From Bacteroidota bacterium (GTDB taxonomy: Bacteria > Bacteroidota > Rhodothermia > Rhodothermales > Bin80): DNA of 64,000 nucleotides. Shown here piece after piece: positions 56,244 to 64,000 of this stretch. The translations under genes were made by a program, and so were the position numbers. Every line of letters begins with the position of its first letter. Positions within the stretch are counted from its first letter, which is position 1. Below the pieces are notes generated by a model. That model worked only from the letters and a program-made list of their open reading frames with translations. It was not told where the DNA came from and searched no databases. The DNA lies in the NCBI GenBank assembly GCA_028873925.1, contig JAPPNA010000026.1:3378-67377 (forward strand), read 5' to 3'.

Positions 56244-57461
56244 CTACGTCGGTATGTCCGGTCTGAACGCTAGGCACCGGAAGTAGTCTTCAATGCGCCT
56301 GTACTCGGCCGAGTCCATGAATTCCTCCAGTCTGCGGACTAATTCCTGTCTGATCTCCGGTGCTGAGAGGTCTGCAAGCTCATCGGTGGACAGGAGTTGG
56401 TAGTCAAAGACCTGATGCCAGCCGAAGCCGTTGTTTCGGATTGCGTATTGCTCCTGTCTGCTGATCGGTGTTGATTCCATAAAGCATATGAGCCGGTCCA
56501 ACCGGGTCGTGTCTTTGTCCGCCGACTGATGGAGATAAAAGCCTGCACGGATGGTGTGACGTTTAAATGTCATCCCCCACCAGAGGGAGAGATCCCCGCC
56601 GCCCAGTTTGCGCTCCGCGTCGGAAAGATCCGTATTCGTCCAGTTCAACCAGTCGGTTCCAGCCGCGGCATTGTGCGTCAGATGGAGCTTGAAGCCGTAT
56701 CTCTTGAGCAGGCCTGCCACCACCTTCCTGAGGTCCTTTGGATTCATTCGTGATTGTTGCGCCAACTCAACAATCGTGTCGCGATAGTCAGCCTGAGCCT
56801 CCGGCACCCTTATACGGACCCCTTTTTCGCCATCCTTTTCCCAGACCCGGCGCATCTCCTTCAGGAGGCCCTCAAAGCCTCCGTCCCCCGCGGGACGAAG
56901 CCAGTTTTCGAGCAGTTCCAGGTACTGTCGGAAGAACGACTGCACGCTGGAGGATGGAAATTCCCCGGCAACACGGAGTGATTCGATGGATTCACGGACG
57001 GATGACCAGCTCATATGGGCTGTGGCGGGAAACTGCGCCTTATCATCCGGCGAGGTGGTGAGCAGGACACTCTGAATCCTGTAATCCTCGTACTTGCCTC
57101 GGAGCGTTCCCTCGTATGCCATTATCTGGTCGCGGTGCTCGGCCGAGGCCGGGCCCGTCTTGTTTTCAATGGTAATCAGGTATTTCTCCCTCTTAAAGAA
57201 GATCGTGATGTTAACATAGTCCAGCTCACGTTCAACACGGACATTCAAGGGTGCAAGGTCCACTTCGGGAAGAATCTCAAGCCCCGCTGCCTCAAGCCGC
57301 CCATTGATATGACGTACGAACCATTCCAGGAATCGGTCGCCGACACTGTGGGTTTCGGACGGATGTAGCAGCCACGCCAGCACATTGCTGTGGCGGATCT
57401 CGTAGTCGGCGTACCGAAGTACCTTAAAGGTGTTGAATTTCCGGGTCTCCCCGAGGCTCAA
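56244..57461 (-). CDS. PD-(D/E)XK nuclease superfamily protein (PDDEXK_4-like), paralog of 30074-31423
   Basis: FNTFKVLRYADYEIRHSNVLAWLLHPSETHSVGDRFLEWF, then LDYVNITIFF...YLITIENKTGP. Confidence 0.7.
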   Translation of the reverse strand: MSLGETRKFNTFKVLRYADYEIRHSNVLAWLLHPSETHSVGDRFLEWFVRHINGRLEAAGLEILPEVDLAPLNVRVERELDYVNITIFFKREKYLITIENKTGPASAEHRDQIMAYEGTLRGKYEDYRIQSVLLTTSPDDKAQFPATAHMSWSSVRESIESLRVAGEFPSSSVQSFFRQYLELLENWLRPAGDGGFEGLLKEMRRVWEKDGEKGVRIRVPEAQADYRDTIVELAQQSRMNPKDLRKVVAGLLKRYGFKLHLTHNAAAGTDWLNWTNTDLSDAERKLGGGDLSLWWGMTFKRHTIRAGFYLHQSADKDTTRLDRLICFMESTPISRQEQYAIRNNGFGWHQVFDYQLLSTDELADLSAPEIRQELVRRLEEFMDSAEYRRIEDYFRCLAFRPDIPT

Positions 57462-57525
57462 ATGGAATGGCTGAAACCGGGGATCGTCGATCAGGCTCCG
57501 CGGCTCGTCTGCCTCGCGTATTCAC

Positions 57526-57870
57526 CTACAGCTTCTTTAGAAATGGCTTGAGCGCGGACTCAAACAGGACCATCCCATCGGCCAATTCCCGGTGCACGGC
57601 TCCCCACTTGTGTTCATCCCGGTACCCGCCGGCGGCAAACGTCTTCTGAATCAGGCACGCTCGTTTCCCTTCCTTGGAATCCCACTCCAGCGATGTACCG
57701 AACGCATTCTCAATTCTTTCCTTCTCAGCGATTAAGCCCTTGAATAGACGGAGGTTTTCGTCACGGTCCTGTGTATCGATGTACAGCGCTACGCGAGTTT
57801 TACGCCTTGTGAAGTGCGAAACGCAACATCCCTGAAACTGGCATTTGGGGTGCCAGCCGGAAATGGCAAC
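57526..57870 (-). pseudogene. DUF4268 domain remnant (C-terminal ~100 aa, no start codon)
   Basis: My own translation reads ...GWHPKCQFQGCCVSHFTRRKTRVALYIDTQDRDENLRLFKGLIAEKERIENAFGTSLEWDSKEGKRACLIQKTF..YRDEHKWGAVHRELADGMVLFESALKPFLKKL*. There is no ATG, and the frame runs into the 3' end of the NRAMP gene. Confidence 0.55.
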
Positions 57871-57874
57871 CGGA

Positions 57875-59074
57875 TTAAAGCACCTGGCCCCAGACCCAGA
57901 GTAGCGTGCGGGCCCCCAGTATGGCGCAAATCAGCGTAACCAGTACGCCAAGCCCCAGGTACCAGCGGGGCAGGTTGACGTTCGGCTGCCGGGCGGACAG
58001 GTAGAGCACGAATCCGGCCATGAACGGCAGCAGTAGGCCGTTGGCTGCCTGAGCGGCAATGATGATCTCCAGCGGACTGCGGCCGATCATGGCAAAGGTC
58101 AGCCCGGTTACCAGTACGGATATCCACACCAAGCGGAAGCCGATATGCCGCTCATCACGGGGCCAGCCGGATATTTCGCGGATGCCATGGGCCGCCGCCA
58201 GCGGGGCTGTGACCGCCGATGTGATGCCGGCCGCGAACAGGCCCAGCCCGAACAGCACGCTGGCCATCGGACCGGCGGCGGGCTCCAGCAGCGGAGCCAA
58301 GGTAGCTACGGATCGCGCACTGCCTTCAGGCACGGTCAGCGTAGATCCCGCCAGCATGATGGCCAATGAGATCACTCCCCCCAATGGCAAAAAGATGGCC
58401 ATGCCCGTGAGTTCCCCACGCCAGGCGATGGAGCGATCCGTCTGCGCCCAATACTGCTTAGCTGTACTGCCATGCAGGAACAGATTGTAGGCCACCACTG
58501 TGGTGCCGACCAGCGCCAGAACATTTATCAGGCTGCCCTCCGGTATGGTCCAAACGACCATGCCGCGCAGCGCCTGTCCCCAGTTGACCGGTGCCAGCAC
58601 CATGGTGGCCACAAATACAATGCTCATGAACGCCACCAGCCCGGTGAGCATCACGGTTACCATGCGCAGGCGCAGTGCCAGCGTGGCCGCTGCAATTGCC
58701 CCAATCGTCAGCACAATCCATGTGCGCGCTATACTTCCGCCGGTAAGGATTTCCAGTCCTGCGGCGGCCCCGAGAATATTGCCGGTTTCAAAGGCGGCCG
58801 TACCGGCCCAGAGTCCCAGTACAACCAGAAAGAAGAGGATCGCACGGGTGCCGGGTGCCGTGGTGAGTTCCCGCATGGCCTCCCCCACGCCCTTGTCCGC
58901 CAGGATACCCGCACCGGCCGTAAAGGACTGAAGAATGAATGTGGCGGCCACCGAAAACACCAGCACCCAACCGAGCGCGGTCCCAAAATCCACCCCGGCC
59001 GATGCGCAGGTGAGCACTGTTCCCGGACCCACAAATGCAGCGACCACCACCGACGAGGTCCCGAGCTTCTTCAC
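57875..59074 (-). CDS. NRAMP-family divalent metal transporter
   Basis: VVAAFVGPGTVLTCASAG...FILQSFTAGAGI, about 11 TM segments, 399 aa. Confidence 0.8.
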   Translation of the reverse strand: MKKLGTSSVVVAAFVGPGTVLTCASAGVDFGTALGWVLVFSVAATFILQSFTAGAGILADKGVGEAMRELTTAPGTRAILFFLVVLGLWAGTAAFETGNILGAAAGLEILTGGSIARTWIVLTIGAIAAATLALRLRMVTVMLTGLVAFMSIVFVATMVLAPVNWGQALRGMVVWTIPEGSLINVLALVGTTVVAYNLFLHGSTAKQYWAQTDRSIAWRGELTGMAIFLPLGGVISLAIMLAGSTLTVPEGSARSVATLAPLLEPAAGPMASVLFGLGLFAAGITSAVTAPLAAAHGIREISGWPRDERHIGFRLVWISVLVTGLTFAMIGRSPLEIIIAAQAANGLLLPFMAGFVLYLSARQPNVNLPRWYLGLGVLVTLICAILGARTLLWVWGQVL

Positions 59075-59103
59075 CTTGAAGGGGAGGCCCTGTTCGGCCG
59101 GTT

Positions 59104-60192
59104 CTAATTGATGGTCCAGGTATCGGCAGAGTGGAGCAGGGCGGCCAGATCACCAGGGCCGCGCTGCCGGGTGACCTCTTCGATCTGACTGTTAAGCAGG
59201 GACTCAAAGGTTGGCCGGTTTTCCATATAGATCACCCCGAACGGGCGCGGCAATTCAGGTCGCTCAGACATGCGGCTGACGATGCTGGCGAGCTCCAGGC
59301 TTTTCTCGTCGTAGATGAGGGCATCGCTCGCGCCGTAGCGTCCGTCTTCTAAATCAAAGGATACCGGCATGAACCCGTCCAGCCGGATACCATGCCGGCC
59401 TTTGTCATACAGCATAGGCTTGCCATGCTCCAGATAGATGGTGCGATGGTCCTTGGTCGCCTTTTCGGTGAATTCAAAAAAGGCACCATCGTTGTAGATG
59501 TTGCAATTCTGATAAATCTCAACAAACGCCGTTCCGTTATGCTGGTGGGCGCGCTTGAGAATCTGAGTCAGATGTCTTGTGTTGCGGTCGGTCGTACGTG
59601 CCACAAAGGAGGACGCGGCACCCAGGGCCATAGACACCGGGTTGAAGGGTCGTGCAATGGACCCGTTCGGTGAGCTCTTGGTTACCTTGCCGATCTCGCT
59701 GGTCGGGCTGAACTGCCCTTTTGTGAGGCCGTAAATCTGGTTGTTGAACAGCAGCAGCTGCAGATTCACGTTACGCCTCAGCAGGTGGATCAGATGGTTG
59801 CCGCCAATGGACAGGGCATCCCCGTCACCGGTAACCACCCAGACATCCAGCTCCGGCCTGGATGCCTTCAGTCCAGTCGCCAAAGTCGGTGCCCGTCCGT
59901 GGATGGAATGCACACCGTATGTGTTCATGTAGTACGGGAATCGGCTGGAACATCCTATTCCACTGATAAACACCAGATTCTCACGCTTAACGCCCAGTTG
60001 CGGCATGAGCCGCTGGACGCTGGCCAGGATGGCATAGTCTCCACATCCCGGACACCAGCGGACATCCTGGTCGCTGGAAAAATCCTTGCGGCTCGGGCCG
60101 CGCCTGACGGGTGCGCGACCCGGCGGCCGCCGGCCCTTCAGGCCCGGGGGTAGGGAGGGCTTCTTGCGCTTTGTTGGGAGCTCAATCGGCAT
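59104..60192 (-). CDS. korB: 2-oxoglutarate/2-oxoacid:ferredoxin oxidoreductase beta subunit
   Basis: WCPGCGDYAIL, GIGCSSRFPYY and HGRAPTLATG. The ATG at 60192 overlaps the korA stop by 11 nt. Confidence 0.9.
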   Translation of the reverse strand: MPIELPTKRKKPSLPPGLKGRRPPGRAPVRRGPSRKDFSSDQDVRWCPGCGDYAILASVQRLMPQLGVKRENLVFISGIGCSSRFPYYMNTYGVHSIHGRAPTLATGLKASRPELDVWVVTGDGDALSIGGNHLIHLLRRNVNLQLLLFNNQIYGLTKGQFSPTSEIGKVTKSSPNGSIARPFNPVSMALGAASSFVARTTDRNTRHLTQILKRAHQHNGTAFVEIYQNCNIYNDGAFFEFTEKATKDHRTIYLEHGKPMLYDKGRHGIRLDGFMPVSFDLEDGRYGASDALIYDEKSLELASIVSRMSERPELPRPFGVIYMENRPTFESLLNSQIEEVTRQRGPGDLAALLHSADTWTIN

Positions 60193-62080
60193 TCTGAAGC
60201 AGATTACTGATGGCGTGGTCAATTTCACTGGCCTTGAACGGTCGCCCCTGAACCTTGGTCAGCGGCACGAAGGGCAGCAGGAAGCGGTCACGGAGCATGC
60301 GGACCAGCTGTCCGAGATTCATTTCCGGTACCAGGTGATGCTCAAACCGGGAGAAAATGCCGCCCAGATCTGCGGGCAGCGGATTGAGGTGTCTCACCTG
60401 AATCGTACCCACGGTAAGACCGCGCGCACGCGCACGGTCAACCGCCGTGCGGATGGTGCCCTCGGTAGACCCCCAGCCTACAACCAGCACCTGACCTGAC
60501 TGGTCGCCGTAGACAGGCGTTGGCGGCAAAAAGTCAGCTACGCGCTCCACTTTACGGGCACGCAGTTGGGTCATGTGCTCGTGGTTTTCCGGATCGTAGG
60601 ACACATTGCCGGTGTCATCCTGTTTTTCAAGGCCGCCGATCCGATGCTCCAGTCCGGGCGTACCGGGTCGCGCCCAGGGTCGCGCCAGGGTTTCCTGCTC
60701 GCGGACATAAGGCAAAAACATTTTTTTCTCACCCTCCGTCGCATTGGGCTTCCGGGCGAACGATACCGGGAACGGTGCAAGATCGGCCACATCAGGAATG
60801 CGCCACGGCTCCGAGCCGTTGGAGAGGTAACCGTCTGACAGCAGAATCACCGGTGTCATGTGCCGGACAGCGATGCGGCATGCTTCATACGCGGCATAGA
60901 AACAGTCTCCGGGCGTTGTAGCCGCCACAATCGGGAGTGGTGCCTCGCCGCTGCGGCCGTACATGGCCTGCAGCAGGTCACTTTGCTCGGTCTTGGTCGG
61001 CAGACCGGTTGACGGACCACCACGCTGCACATTGATGATCACCATGGGCAGTTCCATCATGACCGCAAGCCCGACTGCTTCCGCCTTCAGGGTCAGCCCG
61101 GGTCCGCTGGTGGCACATACCCCCAGATTGCCGCCGAAGGCGGTACCCACCGTAGCACCGATGGCGGCGATTTCATCTTCCGCCTGAAAGGTCCCGACCC
61201 CGAAATGCTTGTACCGGGTGAGCTGATGCAAGAGGTCAGATGCCGGGGTAATGGGATAGCTGCTGTAAAAGAGTTGCAGTTTGCTCTGGGTACTGGCCGC
61301 CACCAGTCCGAGCGCCATGGCCTCCGCACCGCGGATGGCCCGGTAGACACCCGGTGTCAGCTTCGCCGGCGCAACCTGGTATTGCGCGATGAAGTCTTCG
61401 GTCGTTTCTCCGAAGTGGTAGCCTTTCTTGAGTACATGCACATTGGCATCGCGCACGGTCGGCTTGGAGGCGAATTTCCTGGACAGCCAGTCTACGGTCG
61501 GCTGGAGGGGCCTGGAGTACAGCCAGAGTGTGAGCCCCAGCGCGAACATATTCTTGCTGCGGTCCACCGCCTTCCGGTCCAAGCCGAATGGTTTGAGGGC
61601 CTCCGCAGTCATCCGGGACAGCTCCACCCTAAAGATCTGGTAGTCTTTGAGGGCTTCGTCGTCATCCAGCGGATTCTCGGTGCCGTAGCCAGCCAGTTTG
61701 AGATTGTGCGGCTTAAAGGTGTTGACGTTAATCATGACCGCACCGCCGCGGCGCACGCGCGACAGATTCACTTTGAGTGCTGCCGGATTCATGGCCACCA
61801 GCAGGTCCACCTCATCCCCGGGCGTGCGGATACTGCCCGAGCCAAACTGAAGTTGAAAGCCGCTGACCCCGTAGGTGGTCCCGGCGGGAGCGCGGATTTC
61901 CGCGGGGAAGTCCGGCAGCGTGGCCAGGTCATTCTGTGCCAGCGCCGTGGCCAGCGTGAACTGGGAGCCTGTCAGCTGCATACCATCCCCGGAGTCTCCG
62001 GCGAACAGGATGGTGGCCTCACTGAGGGGCTTGACGGGTTTGGCGTCTGCGGGTGCGCCAACAGCAGATTCCGGCATCAA
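60182..62080 (-). CDS. korA: 2-oxoglutarate/2-oxoacid:ferredoxin oxidoreductase alpha subunit
   Basis: 632 aa with GDSGDGMQLTG, YPITPAS and the operon with korB. Confidence 0.9.
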   Translation of the reverse strand: MMPESAVGAPADAKPVKPLSEATILFAGDSGDGMQLTGSQFTLATALAQNDLATLPDFPAEIRAPAGTTYGVSGFQLQFGSGSIRTPGDEVDLLVAMNPAALKVNLSRVRRGGAVMINVNTFKPHNLKLAGYGTENPLDDDEALKDYQIFRVELSRMTAEALKPFGLDRKAVDRSKNMFALGLTLWLYSRPLQPTVDWLSRKFASKPTVRDANVHVLKKGYHFGETTEDFIAQYQVAPAKLTPGVYRAIRGAEAMALGLVAASTQSKLQLFYSSYPITPASDLLHQLTRYKHFGVGTFQAEDEIAAIGATVGTAFGGNLGVCATSGPGLTLKAEAVGLAVMMELPMVIINVQRGGPSTGLPTKTEQSDLLQAMYGRSGEAPLPIVAATTPGDCFYAAYEACRIAVRHMTPVILLSDGYLSNGSEPWRIPDVADLAPFPVSFARKPNATEGEKKMFLPYVREQETLARPWARPGTPGLEHRIGGLEKQDDTGNVSYDPENHEHMTQLRARKVERVADFLPPTPVYGDQSGQVLVVGWGSTEGTIRTAVDRARARGLTVGTIQVRHLNPLPADLGGIFSRFEHHLVPEMNLGQLVRMLRDRFLLPFVPLTKVQGRPFKASEIDHAISNLLQNAD

Positions 62081-62192
62081 GAAACTGATTCGTCAGCTGA
62101 TTGGATGCGACTTATTTCAGAAAAACACAATTCCTTCAGCAATGTTGCAGCAGGCCCGCGAATATGGACCCACCCATAACTTCACCCCGATC

Positions 62193-62200
62193 CCAAATAT
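62193..62200 (-). promoter_or_regulatory. Candidate Bacteroidota-type -7 element (TAtaTTTG) upstream of korA
   Basis: The reverse complement of CAAATATA is TATATTTG, in an AT-rich spacer about 110 nt upstream of the korA start. This is a motif match only. Confidence 0.25.
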
Positions 62201-62208
62201 ACAGTAAT

Positions 62209-64000
62209 TCAGAGGCTTACAAGTCCGGTCAACTGTAGGTTGGGGCCGCCCCATCCGTTATCGTACCCGGTGGAGACCGTGAGCGTGCGGTCTCGCAGCT
62301 GTCGGCGATAGGTACCGAGCATATCCAGCGTCCAGCCTTGTGCGCGTACCATTGATCCGGGTGATGTGATGGGTATGTGATCCTGCCAAAGAGCGACACC
62401 GGCGCGGGACGAGCCGCCCCAGTGAGGCGACGCAGACAGCGAGAATCCTTCCTCATCCTGACCTCCCACCGTAAGGGTCAGCCCGAACCCACTCTCCTCA
62501 TAGTCGGTGGCGGAATGAAACGCAAGCCAGCGTCCTTGCAGACCAAGACCAATCAGGCTGAGCTGAGCCTGCAGGCCGCCGGAGATTTCGATGCCGCGAC
62601 CGTTCTGACCATCACCGCCATCATGCCGCGCATGGACGGCACCGAACGGCGCGAATCCGGCCCGACCGATATTCATATTGCTGCGGACATCCAGTCCCAA
62701 TCGCGCTTGGTGCACGCGTGCTTCCACACCGTTAATGGTGGCTGTTCCGTCATCTGTTGACAGACTGGTCCAACCCGCGTCAGCCCGAATCCCAAAAGCA
62801 ACAGGGCCATCGGTCGGCCCAAGTTGTCTGCGGTAGTCCAAGAGCCCCAGTGCCATGCTTAGGGGGCTGGTGCCGACGCGGCCTGTCGCCCTTTCATTGC
62901 GCGCCTCGCCTCTTCCCATACCTACCGTAGCCCAGATATTGGTGGCCCCATGTGACCAGCGCAGATATGGGTACACTGAAGTCACGGTTGTGGTGAGCTG
63001 GCCGGTGGCTGTTCCGACCGTCCAGTCGCCTTCTCCCTCGCTTCGTCCCAAGGCGATGCCAAAGAGCCAATCGGTAAGTTGTGCGTCAATCCCCAAATAC
63101 CACACATTCAGGTTGCCACTGTAGTCGCCTGTTCCCGATCCGGCAGCCATGCCGCCGTAGCGCTGAAGGTCGCTTTGGCCCCACGCCGACCAAGCGATGC
63201 TACGGCGTAATGAATCGGCATACGAACCCGTCCAGTTGAGCGTAAAGTCCATATCGGACAGACCTGCGATTGGAGCTGCAAAGTGCAGGGGGTTTCGAAA
63301 GCTCGCGGGTGGCTGGGGTACCGGGGTGCCCATGCCCGGGACCGCCCTTACCTGCGGCAGGCCGGACGCTTGTGGCCGGTAGTGATTTGGGCTCCCTATC
63401 TGCCCGTACGCGGGCAGCCAACCGAGGGCAATTCTCTGTGCCATGGTACGGATGGTGTGAGGGTTCGGAAGCGCTATGGGTCTGCCTCCGACGCGCAAGC
63501 CTGACCGTTGGCTCATGCTGGTCTGCGCGGAGGGCGTGTCGCCACTGACGCGTCGCTCAAGTGTCATGCGGACACTGGACAGATGTGAGCGTGCCAACGC
63601 GGCGAATGCGTCGCCCAATACCGCCCGCACCGGTTGGTCGCTGACCCCGACAGACAGGTGCTGGGTCGCGGACAGGCCGCCCTGATCCGTGGCCGTGACG
63701 GAAACTGAGGCGCTCCCGGAGGCTACCGGGGCGATAACGAGATCCGCACCGCGAACGAGGGCAGATACTATGTCCAGATCTGAGCTTTCCGCACTGAAGG
63801 TCAGGGGATCGCCATCGGTATCGGCATAGAAAGGCGTGAGTTCTATTGTAATTTCACTGCTTCCCTCATCCAGCATCTGATCCGGGATTGGACTAACCGC
63901 CACCGGACCATCATTGACGGGTGTCACATCCACGGAGACCGTTGCGGTATCGGTCAGGCCGCCTGCATCGGCGACAATGTACATGAACCGATCCGGGCCA
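62209..64000 (-). CDS. Large surface protein, partial (5' end outside the window): cadherin-like/VCBS tandem repeats plus a C-terminal autotransporter-like beta-barrel
   Basis: The frame stays open to nt 64000 (GPDRFMYIVADAGGLTDTATVSVDVTPVNDGP...). The C-terminal ~350 aa have alternating beta-strand patterns and terminal aromatic-rich strands. Confidence 0.65.
   Translation of the reverse strand, partial: GPDRFMYIVADAGGLTDTATVSVDVTPVNDGPVAVSPIPDQMLDEGSSEITIELTPFYADTDGDPLTFSAESSDLDIVSALVRGADLVIAPVASGSASVSVTATDQGGLSATQHLSVGVSDQPVRAVLGDAFAALARSHLSSVRMTLERRVSGDTPSAQTSMSQRSGLRVGGRPIALPNPHTIRTMAQRIALGWLPAYGQIGSPNHYRPQASGLPQVRAVPGMGTPVPQPPASFRNPLHFAAPIAGLSDMDFTLNWTGSYADSLRRSIAWSAWGQSDLQRYGGMAAGSGTGDYSGNLNVWYLGIDAQLTDWLFGIALGRSEGEGDWTVGTATGQLTTTVTSVYPYLRWSHGATNIWATVGMGRGEARNERATGRVGTSPLSMALGLLDYRRQLGPTDGPVAFGIRADAGWTSLSTDDGTATINGVEARVHQARLGLDVRSNMNIGRAGFAPFGAVHARHDGGDGQNGRGIEISGGLQAQLSLIGLGLQGRWLAFHSATDYEESGFGLTLTVGGQDEEGFSLSASPHWGGSSRAGVALWQDHIPITSPGSMVRAQGWTLDMLGTYRRQLRDRTLTVSTGYDNGWGGPNLQLTGLVSL

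Noticed and set aside
1-64000. CRISPR arrays, rRNA genes, further tRNAs, complete IS elements or integrases.
   Set aside because: I found no regularly spaced short direct repeats. There is no rRNA-like stretch, no other cloverleaf candidate in the intergenic regions I inspected, and no transposase or integrase motifs apart from the group II intron remnant.

Overview
This 64 kb window is GC-rich (roughly 60% by eye, not computed). Its gene content looks like a Bacteroidota/Rhodothermota-type chromosome: S46 dipeptidyl-peptidases, CarboxypepD_reg/DUF5686 outer-membrane proteins, TamB, TonB, DUF4159, two sulfatases, a sialate O-acetylesterase, lipoprotein signal peptides and no obvious Shine-Dalgarno sites. 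All calls rest on motif recognition in the supplied translations and on my own re-translation of selected stretches. No searches were run.

Intact core and envelope genes: msrB, tRNA-Leu(UAG), a ferrochelatase-like gene, an RluA-family synthase, an AlkA-like glycosylase, aroB, glyA, tatC, korAB, an NRAMP transporter and a YdbS/YdbT pair.

Accessory content:
1. The 3' end of a decayed group II intron (1-695) that keeps a textbook domain V.
2. A carrier protein-PPTase-alpha/beta-hydrolase operon (20.4-22.5 kb) in which every gene carries one disrupting lesion.
3. A defence-island-like block (30.0-34.4 kb). It holds a PD-(D/E)XK family protein, a small PHEY-motif protein and a tandemly duplicated Panacea/DUF4065 antitoxin plus two-TM toxin module. 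The second toxin copy is dead.
4. A single ~10.2 kb type I PKS reading frame (45.6-55.8 kb) with domain order KS-AT-DH-cMT-ER-KR-ACP-KS-AT(degenerate). Two frameshifts and two in-frame TAG codons break it into five ORFs.
5. A second PD-(D/E)XK paralog with a DUF4268 remnant (56.2-57.9 kb).

The main window-wide observation is that all ORF-breaking lesions I could find (at least 16) lie in accessory genes, while about 38 kb of housekeeping and envelope coding sequence is intact. This argues for real gene decay rather than random assembly error, but it needs read-level confirmation.
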